A stretch of DNA of 60,633 nt, filler included, from Bipalium vagum (Eukaryota): assembly GCA_037834085.1 (NCBI GenBank). It is 3 parts of 3 records of this genome, joined end to end, with 100 filler letters (N's around TTAATTAATTAA, not from the genome) between each part and the next. Parts side by side here need not be neighbours in the genome. Positions count along the whole stretch, not along the records: positions 1 to 15,762 come from JBBMKC010147103.1; positions 15,863 to 42,727 come from JBBMKC010124214.1; 1 more part is not named here. One strand, 5' to 3'. This document shows, piece by piece, positions 11,291 through 23,323 of this stretch. The notes beneath the pieces were generated by a model, which was not told where the DNA came from, searched no databases, and saw only the letters and a program-made list of their open reading frames with translations. Within the stretch, counting starts at the first letter, position 1. The number at the start of each line of letters is the position of its first letter. The translations under genes and the position numbers were made by a program.

Positions 11291-14200
11291 ATTTTCGAGT
11301 TTTATTTGTATCCCTTGGTATTATAAAATTTCAAAATTTTGCTGATTCCAATACAATATTCCAACAAATTTTTTTAAAAATTGTTTTTATTAATTTTAAT
11401 AATTTTGTAAAAATTCATGTTACGCCTTATGCATGATTTCGGCTTATAAGCAAGAATTTAGAGTAAATTTCTTACTTTCTATCAAAAAGAGTTTGATATC
11501 AAAAAATGAGATATATCATAATATTACGTCTAATATTCACAAAACATTATAAATTAATCTGCTAATACTTTTTTTACATATCTCAAGAGATATATATTTA
11601 TTGACCATACTTTGTAAGATTTAAGAACTTCATTCAAAGTTAAGCCAGCCAGCAATGTTAGGCTTATTTTTATACGGAAAACAGGAATGACTTTCTATCT
11701 TTAAAGTAAATATTATACAATAATACAATAGCAGCAATAAATTACATTACCTTTAATTCACCTTCATGCTCAAATTCTCAATAACCATAACAACCTTTAC
11801 AAAAGTTTTCCTAACTTAATGATTTTATCTAAGTCCTTACCAACCGGGTTAATTATTGCAAGGTCTTAAGGAGTCACCAGTCTGCTTGGTGTTGGCTTGT
11901 TTGGATAATGTCTCCATTCGATAATTACATCTTGGAATTTGTCAAATTTTGTGTTCAATTAAATCATTTGAAATCTTTCTTCCATAGAGAATTGGGTAAT
12001 TGTAAAATCAATAATTATTTAATCTATTTAAACAAATCTATGCTATTTTTTTCTGTCGAAATAAGTTCATTATATATTTATAATGATAATAAAAATAATT
12101 GTTATGATAATAATTAATAAATGTTCCAAAATCTAACTGATATGATCTTACAAATCAAACCATTTTCGATGTCTTCAAAATATTCGTATATCTTAAGACT
12201 AAGTGAAACTTGACAAAACAATTGTCAAACGATTTCCCTCTGGGCTGATATTAGCAAAAAAAAAGATTAATGTAATCTTTATCTTTAAGATCGTTTTCAA
12301 CATTCTGAAAATATAAATTGTTCTTAACAAGATCTTGATTGAGATAAATATGATTATAATTATAAATTATAAGTAATTATAATATTGATAATTTAATAAT
12401 AATATTATTATTATCGTTCAAGTTGACTTAGTATTTTCTTATTTAACCTCACTTTACTTAAATCGAACAAAAAAGTTTTATTTTATAATTTTAACTTTTT
12501 ATTTGAAGTTCAATCTCACTCTTAAAATTGGAGAAGTGTTATTAAGAGGATATTATCACAGGAATAAGGATGATGAGATTTCTTTTTTACTTTTTATGAG
12601 AACTCTACTCAAATACAAATAATTCTTTTTCTTAAGCAGACAAAATTATTAATGTGATTTACTTTTGAAGGCCTTGTAATGCCTTCTTGATAAAGATGCT
12701 ATCAGGGACTTTATGTTTATAAACATTATAATTTTTTTATCAATGGTAAACTGAATCTCACGAGGAACAAAAGACAAATATAATACTAAGGAAGATCGAT
12801 AACTGCAATTCTTTAAGAGTGTTATTATTTTATTACTCAAAGTGTGTATTTATCCAAAGATTTACATGGATTAGTTAATACTATTTGGTAATTTTTGATC
12901 AATATTGTGAAAAAGAACACAATTTTTCAATATAAAATAAATAGTCTCGTTATTACTCAGATCAATTTTTTAAAATGTCAATGACGAGAATGATTGCCGG
13001 TATACTCTTCATTTTCCTTTTAAACCAACTTCATTCACATATTTTTAGAAATTACTATATTTAGTAACACGCATTATTATTATTTTTATTATTATAAGTA
13101 GTAGAAGTGGTATTTATCTGTTTAATTTTTGTACCATAAAAATTAATATTTTTTGTAATATGATGATGCTGTTATAATGCAAAAATCTTGAAATTTCTGG
13201 ATAATTCAATTAATAATAATTTGTATTTTTATTAAATTATTTATATTTATTTAATCTTTATAAATTAAAAACCAATTTTAAATAAGTAAAAAGCTTTATT
13301 CAATAATTTTTTTGAAAAAATTACTGAAATTGTTAATTGGTGAACAACATTACATTGAATGTAAATGTTACTAACACTTAAACAAATTTCATAAAAAAAT
13401 GTTCATGAAATCAATTGATAAATTTTCATCCAAGCTTTCACTAATTAAAAAATTTAATCAATTTTAATATTTTCACTAAGACAATAATCCGTAAAACTTC
13501 AAGGTGCATTTTAAATAATCAATATTATATTTTTTATTTATCTTATTTATAAAATTAAAGATTATGAACAAAATTTATTTATTCTCATGTTAAAAAAATA
13601 TTTTTAGCAGTGCGTTAAAACATCCTACATCATTTGGGTAAAAAGAATTTCAGTGAAAAACATTCGTTTTAATATGGAAATACTGAATCCATTTGGTGGA
13701 AATAATTTTCAGCTGTCGGAAATTTCAGTTCAATTATTTTCCTTTTAGTTAAAAAAATTTGCGGTTTTAATTAAAAGAGGTGTATGTTTACCTATTTCAA
13801 TAAAATATTATTTTAATAATTTTGGATTTTAAATAAAAGAGAAACTTGATTGCTTATTAAATAATTCTTACAAATAATTTCAAAATAATTTAACGTGAAG
13901 AAAACTGGAAAAATTAGAAATATTTAATTGTATTAATAGATTTTATCAATTTGGTTATATTTATTTTCTTGTAAATTTTAATTTAAATTTGATATTATTA
14001 TCAACTTCAAAATCTGCACAATATATAATAATATAATAATATATTATATTTTTGAAAATAATTATTACAAATAAATAATTTTTTAATCCATTGCATTATC
14101 ATTATTAATCTATTTGTTATTGCTACTACTACTACTGCTAATAATACTAATAATAACAATAATTATAAAAAAAATAATAATGTGAAAAAATAATTTTAAA

Positions 14201-14658
14201 TAAAATTATTGTTTTAAGGTTTTGAAAATTCAAAATTATTTAATTCAACATTTTTAAAATGTGTACAGTACTAACCAGAAAATAGATATTATTGAAAATA
14301 TATAGCGGAAAACCTTAATGCCAACGGTTCATTAATTAAAAATTTAATTAATATCTTAAAATAATCTTGATGTGCTTAACTTTACATCATTTTATTATAA
14401 TAGAGTGAAAATAATAAACAAACTAATTTTAAATTCCAAAAAACCCAGTTCAAAATATTTTTATTAATCAGGATATTCATTTATAGTCGGGACCTTCTGC
14501 TACCTGAAATTAAATTTTCATTGCAGATGAATGAAGTTTCATACAAAATCCTATGTGTTTTTTATGCCATGTTCATTAATAAGATTGTTTCCATGCATAT
14601 CTCAAGTTGCTTAAAATCAAGTTGAATCAATTTCTGAGAGACGTATCACAAAACTCAC

Positions 14659-14785
14659 TTCATTTGTCAGTTTTATACCGAGTCCCGAAGTTGTCTGATC
14701 ATATCTTACATAAATCAATTTCCTATCAAACCCGCCTTTTCCGACGAAGATTGGAATCATGCAACAGAATGTTTTGAAAGCATTT
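14659..14785 (-). other. Candidate exon of unknown assignment (possibly a downstream protocadherin exon)
   Basis: Good acceptor (aattttag|) and donor (|gtgagt), GC-richer than flanks. One frame is open: NAFKTFCCMIPIFVGKGGFDRKLIYVRYDQTTSGLGIKLTNE (phase 2-0). No homology recognised. Confidence 0.3.
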
Positions 14786-15689
14786 CTAAAATTGTTTACA
14801 AATTTAAATAAATAACGCATTATAACGGAAACTCCTGATGACTAAGCGCAGATTATTACTTATGCAACAAGCTTAGTACATTATTGAAACAAATTGCACG
14901 ATTTCACTTTAATATTATTTAAATATTTTCGAATTTTATTCAATAAAATCTGACTTATTTTCTTCACGACGTGAAGATAAATCTGGAAAACGTTTAAATT
15001 GAGTGAATTTTAATTTTAAGATGTCATTCATTATATTATTCGTTCGTAATAAAATAAAGAATTTAATAACATTTATTTATATAAGTAAATAAAAATGACC
15101 TGACTACTCCCAGAAGAGACAGATAACTCAGACATTAAAAACTCAGAATCCTTTTAAAAAATTTTACGTCTTTGGAATCTGATCATTCAATCCATGTCTC
15201 ATAAATAAAAATATTAGACCATAAATAAGAAAAAATGAAAAATTTCTCATTATTGATTCAAATAATATCTATTTCTGATAAAATAGATTCGAAAATGCGA
15301 ATATTTTCACAATTTTTTAAGGTTAAAATTAATTGAAAATTTGAAAAAAAAATGTATATAATTTTAATTAAATTATAAAAATATTATTCACTTTCGAAAG
15401 TCCATTTAAAAAAACTAAATAAAAATTAATTATATAAATGAACAATAAAAAAATGAATAAAAGATATAAAATATTGTGTTGATTTAATATAATTTTATTG
15501 TATTTATGTCTCTCTCAAATAAATATTAATGAAGAACAAAGTATATAATCAGTAATAGTAATTAAATAAATAATAATTTTTCCGATTATTTATATCATAA
15601 ATTGGTTGTAATAATAATTTTAAATCTTTTTTTAAAAATCTTTTAATTTTTTTTCCTCCATTTTTATAACTTATATTTTTTCTTCTCAA

Positions 15690-15691
<2 letters not shown>

Positions 15692-15762
<71 letters not shown>
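15692..15762. repeat. (ATT)n microsatellite running into an assembly gap
   Basis: Perfect att repeats up to the N-run. Confidence 0.95.
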
Positions 15763-15862
15763 NNNNNNNNNNNNNNNNNNNNNNNNNNNNNNNNNNNNNN
15801 NNNNNNTTAATTAATTAANNNNNNNNNNNNNNNNNNNNNNNNNNNNNNNNNNNNNNNNNNNN
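15763..15862. other. Assembly gap with artificial TTAATTAATTAA spacer
   Basis: 44 N + ttaattaattaa + 44 N = 100 nt. An identical construct is at 42728-42827. Confidence 0.95.
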
Positions 15863-15939
15863 ACTAATTGCTTAAAATTGTACCTTATATACCGTATGTA
15901 CCTTATATTGGGTGTACCTTATATAGAGGTTCTACTGTA
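15863..15939. mobile_element. Right end of a pogo/Tigger-like MITE
   Basis: Three gtaccttatat subterminal repeats end in agaggttctactg|ta (CAGTAGAACCTC terminus). The other end is lost in the gap. Confidence 0.6.
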
Positions 15940-17069
15940 CTTCGGTAACAACTTTTGCACTATCACTCTGGGCAAATTTTTACAGTAGAAAGTAGCTAAA
16001 ATGTATCTTATCTGTATCCATATTTTTATAATAAAAAATGAATATAGCAACGAAGTTATGAAAACAAAAAAAAATCCATCTAGTAATAAAATCAAAATAT
16101 TATTTATAAGCAACCAATTTAATATCAAACAGGTTCGAAAACATATTACTTTCAAACACCCCGTTATTTTCTGGATTCATAATATCTTTAAAATAATATT
16201 TTAATCTTACAAATTAAATTTATTTTTCAATAATTTTACTCTTTTTAATTAATATATATTTTTCTGTTTTCTTTTAATTTATCTTTAAAAATATGATAAT
16301 TATTAATAAGGTANNNNNNNNNNNNNNNNNNNNNNNNNNNNNNNNNNNNNNNNNNNNNNNNNNNNNNNNNNNNNNNNNNNNNNNNNNNNNNNNNNNNNNN
16401 NNNNNNNNNNNNNNNNNNNNNNNNNNNNNNNNNNNNNNNNNNNNNNNNNNNNNNNNNNNNNNNNNNNNNNNNNNNNNNNNNNNNNNNNNNNNNNNNNNNT
16501 TTACTGTATTGTTTGTAAATTAAAAGTAATCAATTTTGATTATAACTTGAGATGTTTTTTACGAAAAGTTTTATAATTCAATGAAAAATAAAAAATCAGT
16601 TGTTTTTTTAAATAGTTCTTAATATTCTCGTATATCACAAATACATTCTATCAATAATATCTAAAAATAAAATATAAAATGTAAAATAAAAAATCGAAAT
16701 ATTAATTTTTTATGGTGAAAAATTAATTGAAAATCAGAAAATGTTACTTCAAGACTGAAACCTTCACCCATCTTACATGTGGCTAGATTGGAGTCGTGTA
16801 TTATGAAGGTCAAAGTAAAACTCACGGTTTCTTATTACGGTATTTGGTTTTATTATTGATTTTTAAAAAAAGTTTTCGAAGTTATCAATTTAATTATGAT
16901 TTTATTATTTCAGAATAACGTTGTCATAATCTTATCACGTGTTCTGAAATTTTTGAAAGAATTTAGGGATTCACTAGTTTTTCGGTGTTTCTATTTATAT
17001 TCACAAAGATAGTTGTGTTTTATTTTTAAATAGGAAACTCAAAACTCAGTAAAAAGGAGTTATTTTAAC

Positions 17070-17975
17070 CATATGTGGTGCGCCCAATATGTCCGTGCAA
17101 TAACTAGGAAAGCAATTTAATGGAAACTCTCAACTTTTACACACTAAGATATAACATGTATCGACATAATTTTCTAAAATAAGAGCCATTTACATTCACA
17201 CACTTTTGCCAGCTCTGGATCAGTTCAGAGATGAACTTTCTTAGAGGACTGATCAAGAAGGAAATTCTCCACTTCTTCACTCAGATCTGCAGAATTTGCA
17301 AAATGTATACACAAAAATTTATATACATGAAGAAGTAAAAATCACTGGGAGCAAGGTCTGGACTGTAAAGAGGAGGTCAAATCCACTTTCCTCCATAATT
17401 CGCATGGATGCTGATTTTTTATGAATTGCTTCTTTTTTCCTGGAGAAACCACATCAGAATACTCAGTTCTCTTCGTCAAACATATCAGCATTTGCACTCA
17501 ATATCAGATTAGTATGCAGGGTTGAACCTGGTCTTTTTCTCATCAAAATCGACAAGAATAACACCACAAAAATCCAAAAAAATGCTCATCATCAGACATT
17601 TTCTGTAGGAGTTTCCAGATCTCATAATTGTTCAATTATAATTATTGTTAAGTAACACTTTCTATAAGTTCTTTCTAAAATTTCTGAGAATTTTATCATT
17701 TTATAATGTCAGACTGCATTACGTTATAAATCAATAGAAATTTTAAAAATGAACCTTTTCACACTTGTCAATGACCTTTCATGTTTAGGTTGATCTTAAA
17801 AATTATTGTCCAGTTTCTCCTCAACGGTTGATTGATTTTCTAACGTTAATTGTTTCATGTTGGTCAACATTCAAAATCTTTTGTGAATGAACATGATTAA
17901 AGTTGACTGTACCACATAAAGGAATTCTGCCAAACGCCATTGGTTAATTTTAGAGCTTAATTCAGACGCCATATT
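17070..17975 (-). mobile_element. Mariner relic
   Basis: Minus strand reads PPLYSPDLAPSDFYFF at about 17330-17378. Boundaries are approximate. Confidence 0.7.
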
Positions 17976-18151
17976 TTTAAAATGTAATGAGTTTAAACAA
18001 AAGGTAATGGGGTTTTCTTAAGTCAAAATAATATTTATTCAATTTTTCCAGAATTTCACGTTGGTCTCAAATATTTAAATAAATTATGTATGAAAATAAA
18101 AATAAAAATATAAAATAATATTCCGATAAATAATCCACAGAAAAAACTCAC

Positions 18152-20816
18152 TTCTTTCACCTATTAGGTACTTTCGAAATTTGATCAGAATAATGATCAG
18201 CATCAGGAACAAAATAGCTGCAATGGACCCAATAATGTAATACATGATATTGCTTCGAAAATAACGATCATAATTTCTTGTAACAGGATCATTACCGGTT
18301 CTCAGATCAACATTGCCATTCACAAAGCGCTGTTTGCTATTCACAACATTTGGATCGTCTTTGACAATAATAACAATTTGGAACTCCTGTTTCCGGGAAT
18401 TATTAAAATCGCCGTCTTCTGCGATAATCGTACATCTGTACAAACCCTTCGGAGGTATCTTATCTACAACGCACATCATTCCGTGATCAACATCCAGTCT
18501 GAACTCTTTGCACTTGGGCATGACCACTCTAACTTTGCTGTTTTCACTGTTATCCGGATCGATGAATACATAGGGAAACGAGACGCAATTTTCCTGATCC
18601 ATGAAACTGGTAATATAGAACAACACTTCCGGATTGACGGGTTTTATCGTTTGCTTGTCCTTTAACACCATAATGGGACTGTTATCGTTTTTATCCAATA
18701 TGATCACGGAGACCTGTATTTCAATCGTTTCCCGAGAATATGAAATGTATTCAATTCTGTCGTTACCCAAATCAATGGGATTCGGATTAGAAGCACTTAT
18801 TGCAAATATGATCTGAGCGTATTTTTCTCGATCAAGAACCGCTTTCGTATAGATGATACCGTTATCATTGTCTATGGTAAAGATCTGATCGGCCGATTGA
18901 TCCAACGAATATGACAACGAGGGATTCTTAATTTTCAGGATAATTCTTTTGTTATCCACATCGGTATCTTTGTCCGTAAAGTTGATTTTGCCCACAAATG
19001 TCCCGATGGGCTCGTTTTCGTACACCTCAAAGTTGTAATGAGACAACTCAAACTCCGGCTGGTTGTCATTGGTATCCTTGACATTGATAATGAGCTTGGT
19101 TGTGGATGATCGACTGGGGACTCCCAGATCCTTCGCGGTGATGGTAAGAGAGATTTTCTTAATGACTTCAAAATCCAGACCGCTCAATGTTTTAATGGCA
19201 GCTGTGTTTTTGTCAATGACGAAATGGTTTTTCATTTCATCACTGACATCGCTTATGAAATACTCAACAGTGCCATTTTCCCCTTCATCCTTATCCGTTG
19301 CCAGGATGGCATCCTTTTGAATGGACACGATTTCGTTGACTCGGTTTTCCTTGACGGATCCGTAATAATTGGTGCTGGTGAAGACGGGCGAGTTGTCGTT
19401 GATGTCTCGGATAATCACTTCCAGCTTGCTGGTCTGTCTCAGCTGGTTGACACTGTCGGAATCAGTGCAAACTATACTGACGTAATGTATCAATTTCAGT
19501 TCTCTATCAAAGTCGATTTTGCTTTTCAATTCGTACGTCTTTTTATTTTCCAAAACAATATTCGTTTTGACAGGGGTCAAATAAAACGAATCATACACGG
19601 TTTCCACGTCACAAGATATGGAGTCGGCCGGGTTGTCTTCGTCGGAGACCTTCATCAAGCAAATCACCAGATCTTTTGTCGAACCCTCATCGATATATAT
19701 TCGGGCAAATTGTTTGCTGATGGGTTTGTTCAGTTGATAGAACTCAATTGTTGGTGGGGAATCGTTGACGTTGCTCACCTGAACCTCCACCAAAGCCGTA
19801 CTGCTTCTTGGCGGTTGACCGTTATCTTTGGCAACGAGATGAAAGGAATATCTATTGACTTTTTCATAATCCAACTTCGATATCAATTTCAACACCACCA
19901 CATGAACGGATTGAGTGATCTGAAACAAGTTCTGGATTTCTTGGCTCGTTGACGGAGCAAAATTGACTGACAATCTCCCGTTGTTTCCAGAATCTTTATC
20001 TTCAACCTTAATATGTATCAGATCCATGCCGTTGTTTTCGTTTTCCTTAACCTTAACTTCATACGTTGATTGGGAAAATACCGGTTCACTGTCATTCTCA
20101 TCTAAGACCTTAATGATGATCTTCGTCTTTCCCTTTCGGGAAGGTTTGCCACCGTCATTGGCAATCAAGGTAAACTCGATCCGATCAATAACTTCTCTGT
20201 CGATCTGATTTTTGACGACAATGACCGGAATTCTGACATCGGCTGAATCTTCAAACATCAATTTGAAGTAGGTATCGAAATTCTCATTAGGCTTCTCTAT
20301 GTCGTACGACTCAACGGAAAACGGTTGATCATCGGCATCCGTTGCGTATGGTAAAACGATTCTCGTATTGACTTTGGAATTCTCCAGGATCTCTTTATTG
20401 TAGATCGGCTCGGAAAACACGGGACTGTTGTCGTTGACATCGATCACCTTAATCCTAACGTAAAACTTTTTCTTCGTATTATCGTTCGACGTAATTCCAA
20501 TGAATATGCAACAGTCGCCCCGGCAGCACTGGTTATTGATGTTGGTCTGATGCTTTTTCGATTTCGAACAGTATTCTTCTCGGTCTATAGATTTTCTCAA
20601 GATAATCCGTCCGTTGAACAGATGAAAGGATTCAGAATCTTCATTGAGATAAAACGATTTCACATTCGCTCCAAGACGGTTAATGTGGCCTGTCAAATCA
20701 ACCAGAACGTGTCCGGGATTCTTTGATTCTGACATTTCCACCTGTTCTACGCTGTCACAAGCTCTGATGGACAAAGCTCGACTGATTAATAGTATTATCG
20801 ACAATAACCTATCCAT
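18152..20816 (-). CDS. Protocadherin, large ectodomain+TM exon (about 7 EC repeats, delta-like architecture)
   Basis: 932-aa ORF with likely start MDRLLSIILLISRALS (signal peptide, ATG at 20816). EC boundaries are DVNDNSPVF, DENDSEPVF, NVNDSPPTI, DINDNSPVF, DTNDNQPEF and DKNDNSPIM, followed by a divergent 7th repeat. DRE/LDYE and AxDxD Ca-binding motifs, EC1 DREEYC...C and TM YYIIGSIAAILFLMLIIILI are present. A donor A|GTGAGT follows 18152 (phase 1), so the last ORF residues are probably intronic. Confidence 0.95.
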
Positions 20817-21572
20817 TTTCGGGGGTACTCTAATGAACAATGAAGAACAATGAAAAAAAATTCTCATTAAACTTACAATCACAGTAGATTTTTACATTAA
20901 AACGTGCCAAATATTCCAAGAAAATATTTCTCATTTCCTTTATTCTGAATTTTTATTTGTCAATTATTTCAGATTTTACTGCGATTTCATTGGCTGTTGG
21001 GGATTTTAATAATTTAATTTTATATTTTTGAGTAACTTATTAAATTTCAACATTTCAAGAGCTATAATGTATAGAAGAACGAATGACAGTTTCTGTTGAA
21101 AATGAGGGGGGGAGAAAGAATTTAATAAAAAAAGAATATATATTTGATTTATATATATTATAAAGAAATTAATTATTTTATTTAGAAAAATGTATTTCAT
21201 TATGTTTTATAATAATAATAATAATCATATAATATAATTATTATTATAATTATAATATTATAAGAATAGTATCATAATCGTACATAGTAAAAGTTATGAT
21301 ATTATTATTATATATTAGATATAATAGTAATAAATATAAATTAAATATATTTCCTTATCTTTCTTGGAAAGGCCATTCGTCTATTCTCATTATAATTACC
21401 CAGCACTGGGGCCTTAAGAATTTTTAATAAATAAATAATTTCTTGTCACAATACTTCAATTATAGTCATTTAATTACTTTAATTTTAATAATTAAGACAT
21501 TTAAGTTTCCCAGATTGATAAAATTATGGAGGAGATTTACACAGAAATGTTTGTAAAATTAAATAATAATGT

Positions 21573-21672
21573 TATTATTTTTATTATTATTTGTTTTATA
21601 ATATTATTTTAACTTTTAATATTTTTATTATTATTTGTTTTATAATATTATTTTAACTTTTAATATTTTTAT
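21573..21672. repeat. Local tandem duplication of an AT-only unit of about 45 bp
   Basis: tttttattattatttgttttataatattattttaacttttaatat occurs twice. Confidence 0.8.
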
Positions 21673-22030
21673 TTTTTTTTTAAATTATTATTTTTATTTT
21701 ATTTTTAATATTATTATTTTATTTTTAAAATATTAAATAGACCAGTATTTCTAATACTTTTTATAAAACAAAGAGCGGTTGTAACTAATCAATTCTTAAA
21801 TGAATCAATGTTGTATATGTTAAGTTATTTTAAAAAATGGAAAATGGAAAAAATATTTTATCAGACCCCTGTATGGATTATTTCATAAATTTGACTTTGA
21901 TTTCCAAAAATATAAAATCAACTTTAATCATCGACAAACGAAGAAAGTGAATCCATGGCGGCAGACGACAGTCAGCAAAACAGCAGAAGTAGATTTCTGG
22001 GATTACTCTTAGCAAAGTAAAAATGTCTAT

Positions 22031-23323
22031 TAGCAATAGGCTGGCTTGATTATGGTGATTTATTAAGATTTATTGAGAAATCGTGTGAAGATTCTGGTTA
22101 TAAACAAAATAGCATTTGTAGTTCTTCAGTTAAGCAGCGTAAAATATTTTAAAGTACCAAACATCTTCTGAAATTTTTATTATGCATAATTTTTGAATTT
22201 TTTTTTGTTTCAATTTAAACAGTCCAGTCACATAAGAGACCAAGTGCCTAAACGTCAGTCATTGATTCTAATTTCATTTTACCTCTAAAAATATTTTGCA
22301 AGAAATGACTTGGTGCTCATTAATGATCTCAGGGAGCCAATGATTGTGTTGTGGTAATTTGCACAAATTTGATCATTCGAAACAGTATATACGGTATCCA
22401 GTATAACTATCCTTGTTGTATAAATGTCTATCAGAATGCATCTGAGAGTTACCCGATGGTACTGCAAATCCTGAAAACAATATCGAAGTGTCCGAGATGG
22501 TTCATTCTTTGTTAACACCAGATTATCCATTAAACAAATCATCTGTTACGTTTATAGATGAAATAGTAACATTTCATAGAGTGATATCCAACACTCTCAT
22601 GAACAATATAAGACAACAGCTTACTGTTGCCATGTATGCGAGAAATTACTTGAAGATAATCTCACAGTTATAAGCCGTGTGAAAGAAGATAGTACGCTAT
22701 TCATGGTGGAAATCAATAAGACGAAGTTCTTTATTGCAAATACCACCGAGGTTAGCAGCACCCCAGTTATTGGGTTTTTGTTGGCATCGAGCGCTATTCT
22801 GCGAAGTATTTCTTAGTGGAGGTGCCGGAACATCGAACAGTGACTCTGAAAGAGGTAACTGTACAATATAATTTTCCTGGAACCCATAATGTTTCCAACG
22901 ACTAAACTGCTTATGCTCGGATTGAAGACACCAACTAAGGAATCTACTGTCAATGCTATCGTTCATCACAGTCAAACCATTGAAATCTTTGAAAGCTAGT
23001 AAAACGTAAGCTACATAGAGAGTTGTGCACATCTGAGACATTTTTCACGTCGCACATTGACGAATTCATGTGACATGAGCTGTATAAGAACATTTTAACG
23101 TTTTCCACCTTTATTTTTAGTCTTACTCGCCAGGACACGTTTTGAACTATATATTCATACATTAAATTCAGCTTGTATTCAAATATTTTAGTCTTATTTA
23201 TTTTACACCGTTTATGATGCCAATCTTACGCTGCTTAACTGAAGGATGCGTTAGTATTTTTATCGGATCAGAATTGTTCAAGTCATTATCAAAACATATC
23301 ATTGATCGAATTCCAATATTGCT
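22031..23323 (-). mobile_element. Internally deleted, degenerate Academ-like DNA transposon
   Basis: Perfect 19-bp inverted repeat cttcagttaagcagcgtaa (22124-22142) / ttacgctgcttaactgaag (23226-23244) inside longer decayed IRs, with the left end starting TAG. Minus-strand remnants include FLSWCLQSEHKQFSRW, HHE and what looks like a decayed Cys-rich C-terminus near 22220-22310, which recall Academ transposases. Confidence 0.5.

Noticed and set aside
15807-15818. Palindromic TTAATTAATTAA centred in N-runs, repeated at 42772-42783
   Set aside because: The identical 44N+12+44N construct with stops in all six frames is a scaffolding linker, not biology.
18378-20208. Plus-strand ORFs up to 242 aa opposite the protocadherin
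   Set aside because: These are antisense shadows of a GC-richer coding exon, with no domain features.
20817-20882. N-terminal extension MIVSLMRIFF... of the 932-aa ORF
   Set aside because: It begins at a non-ATG codon, and the downstream ATG at 20816 gives a proper signal peptide.
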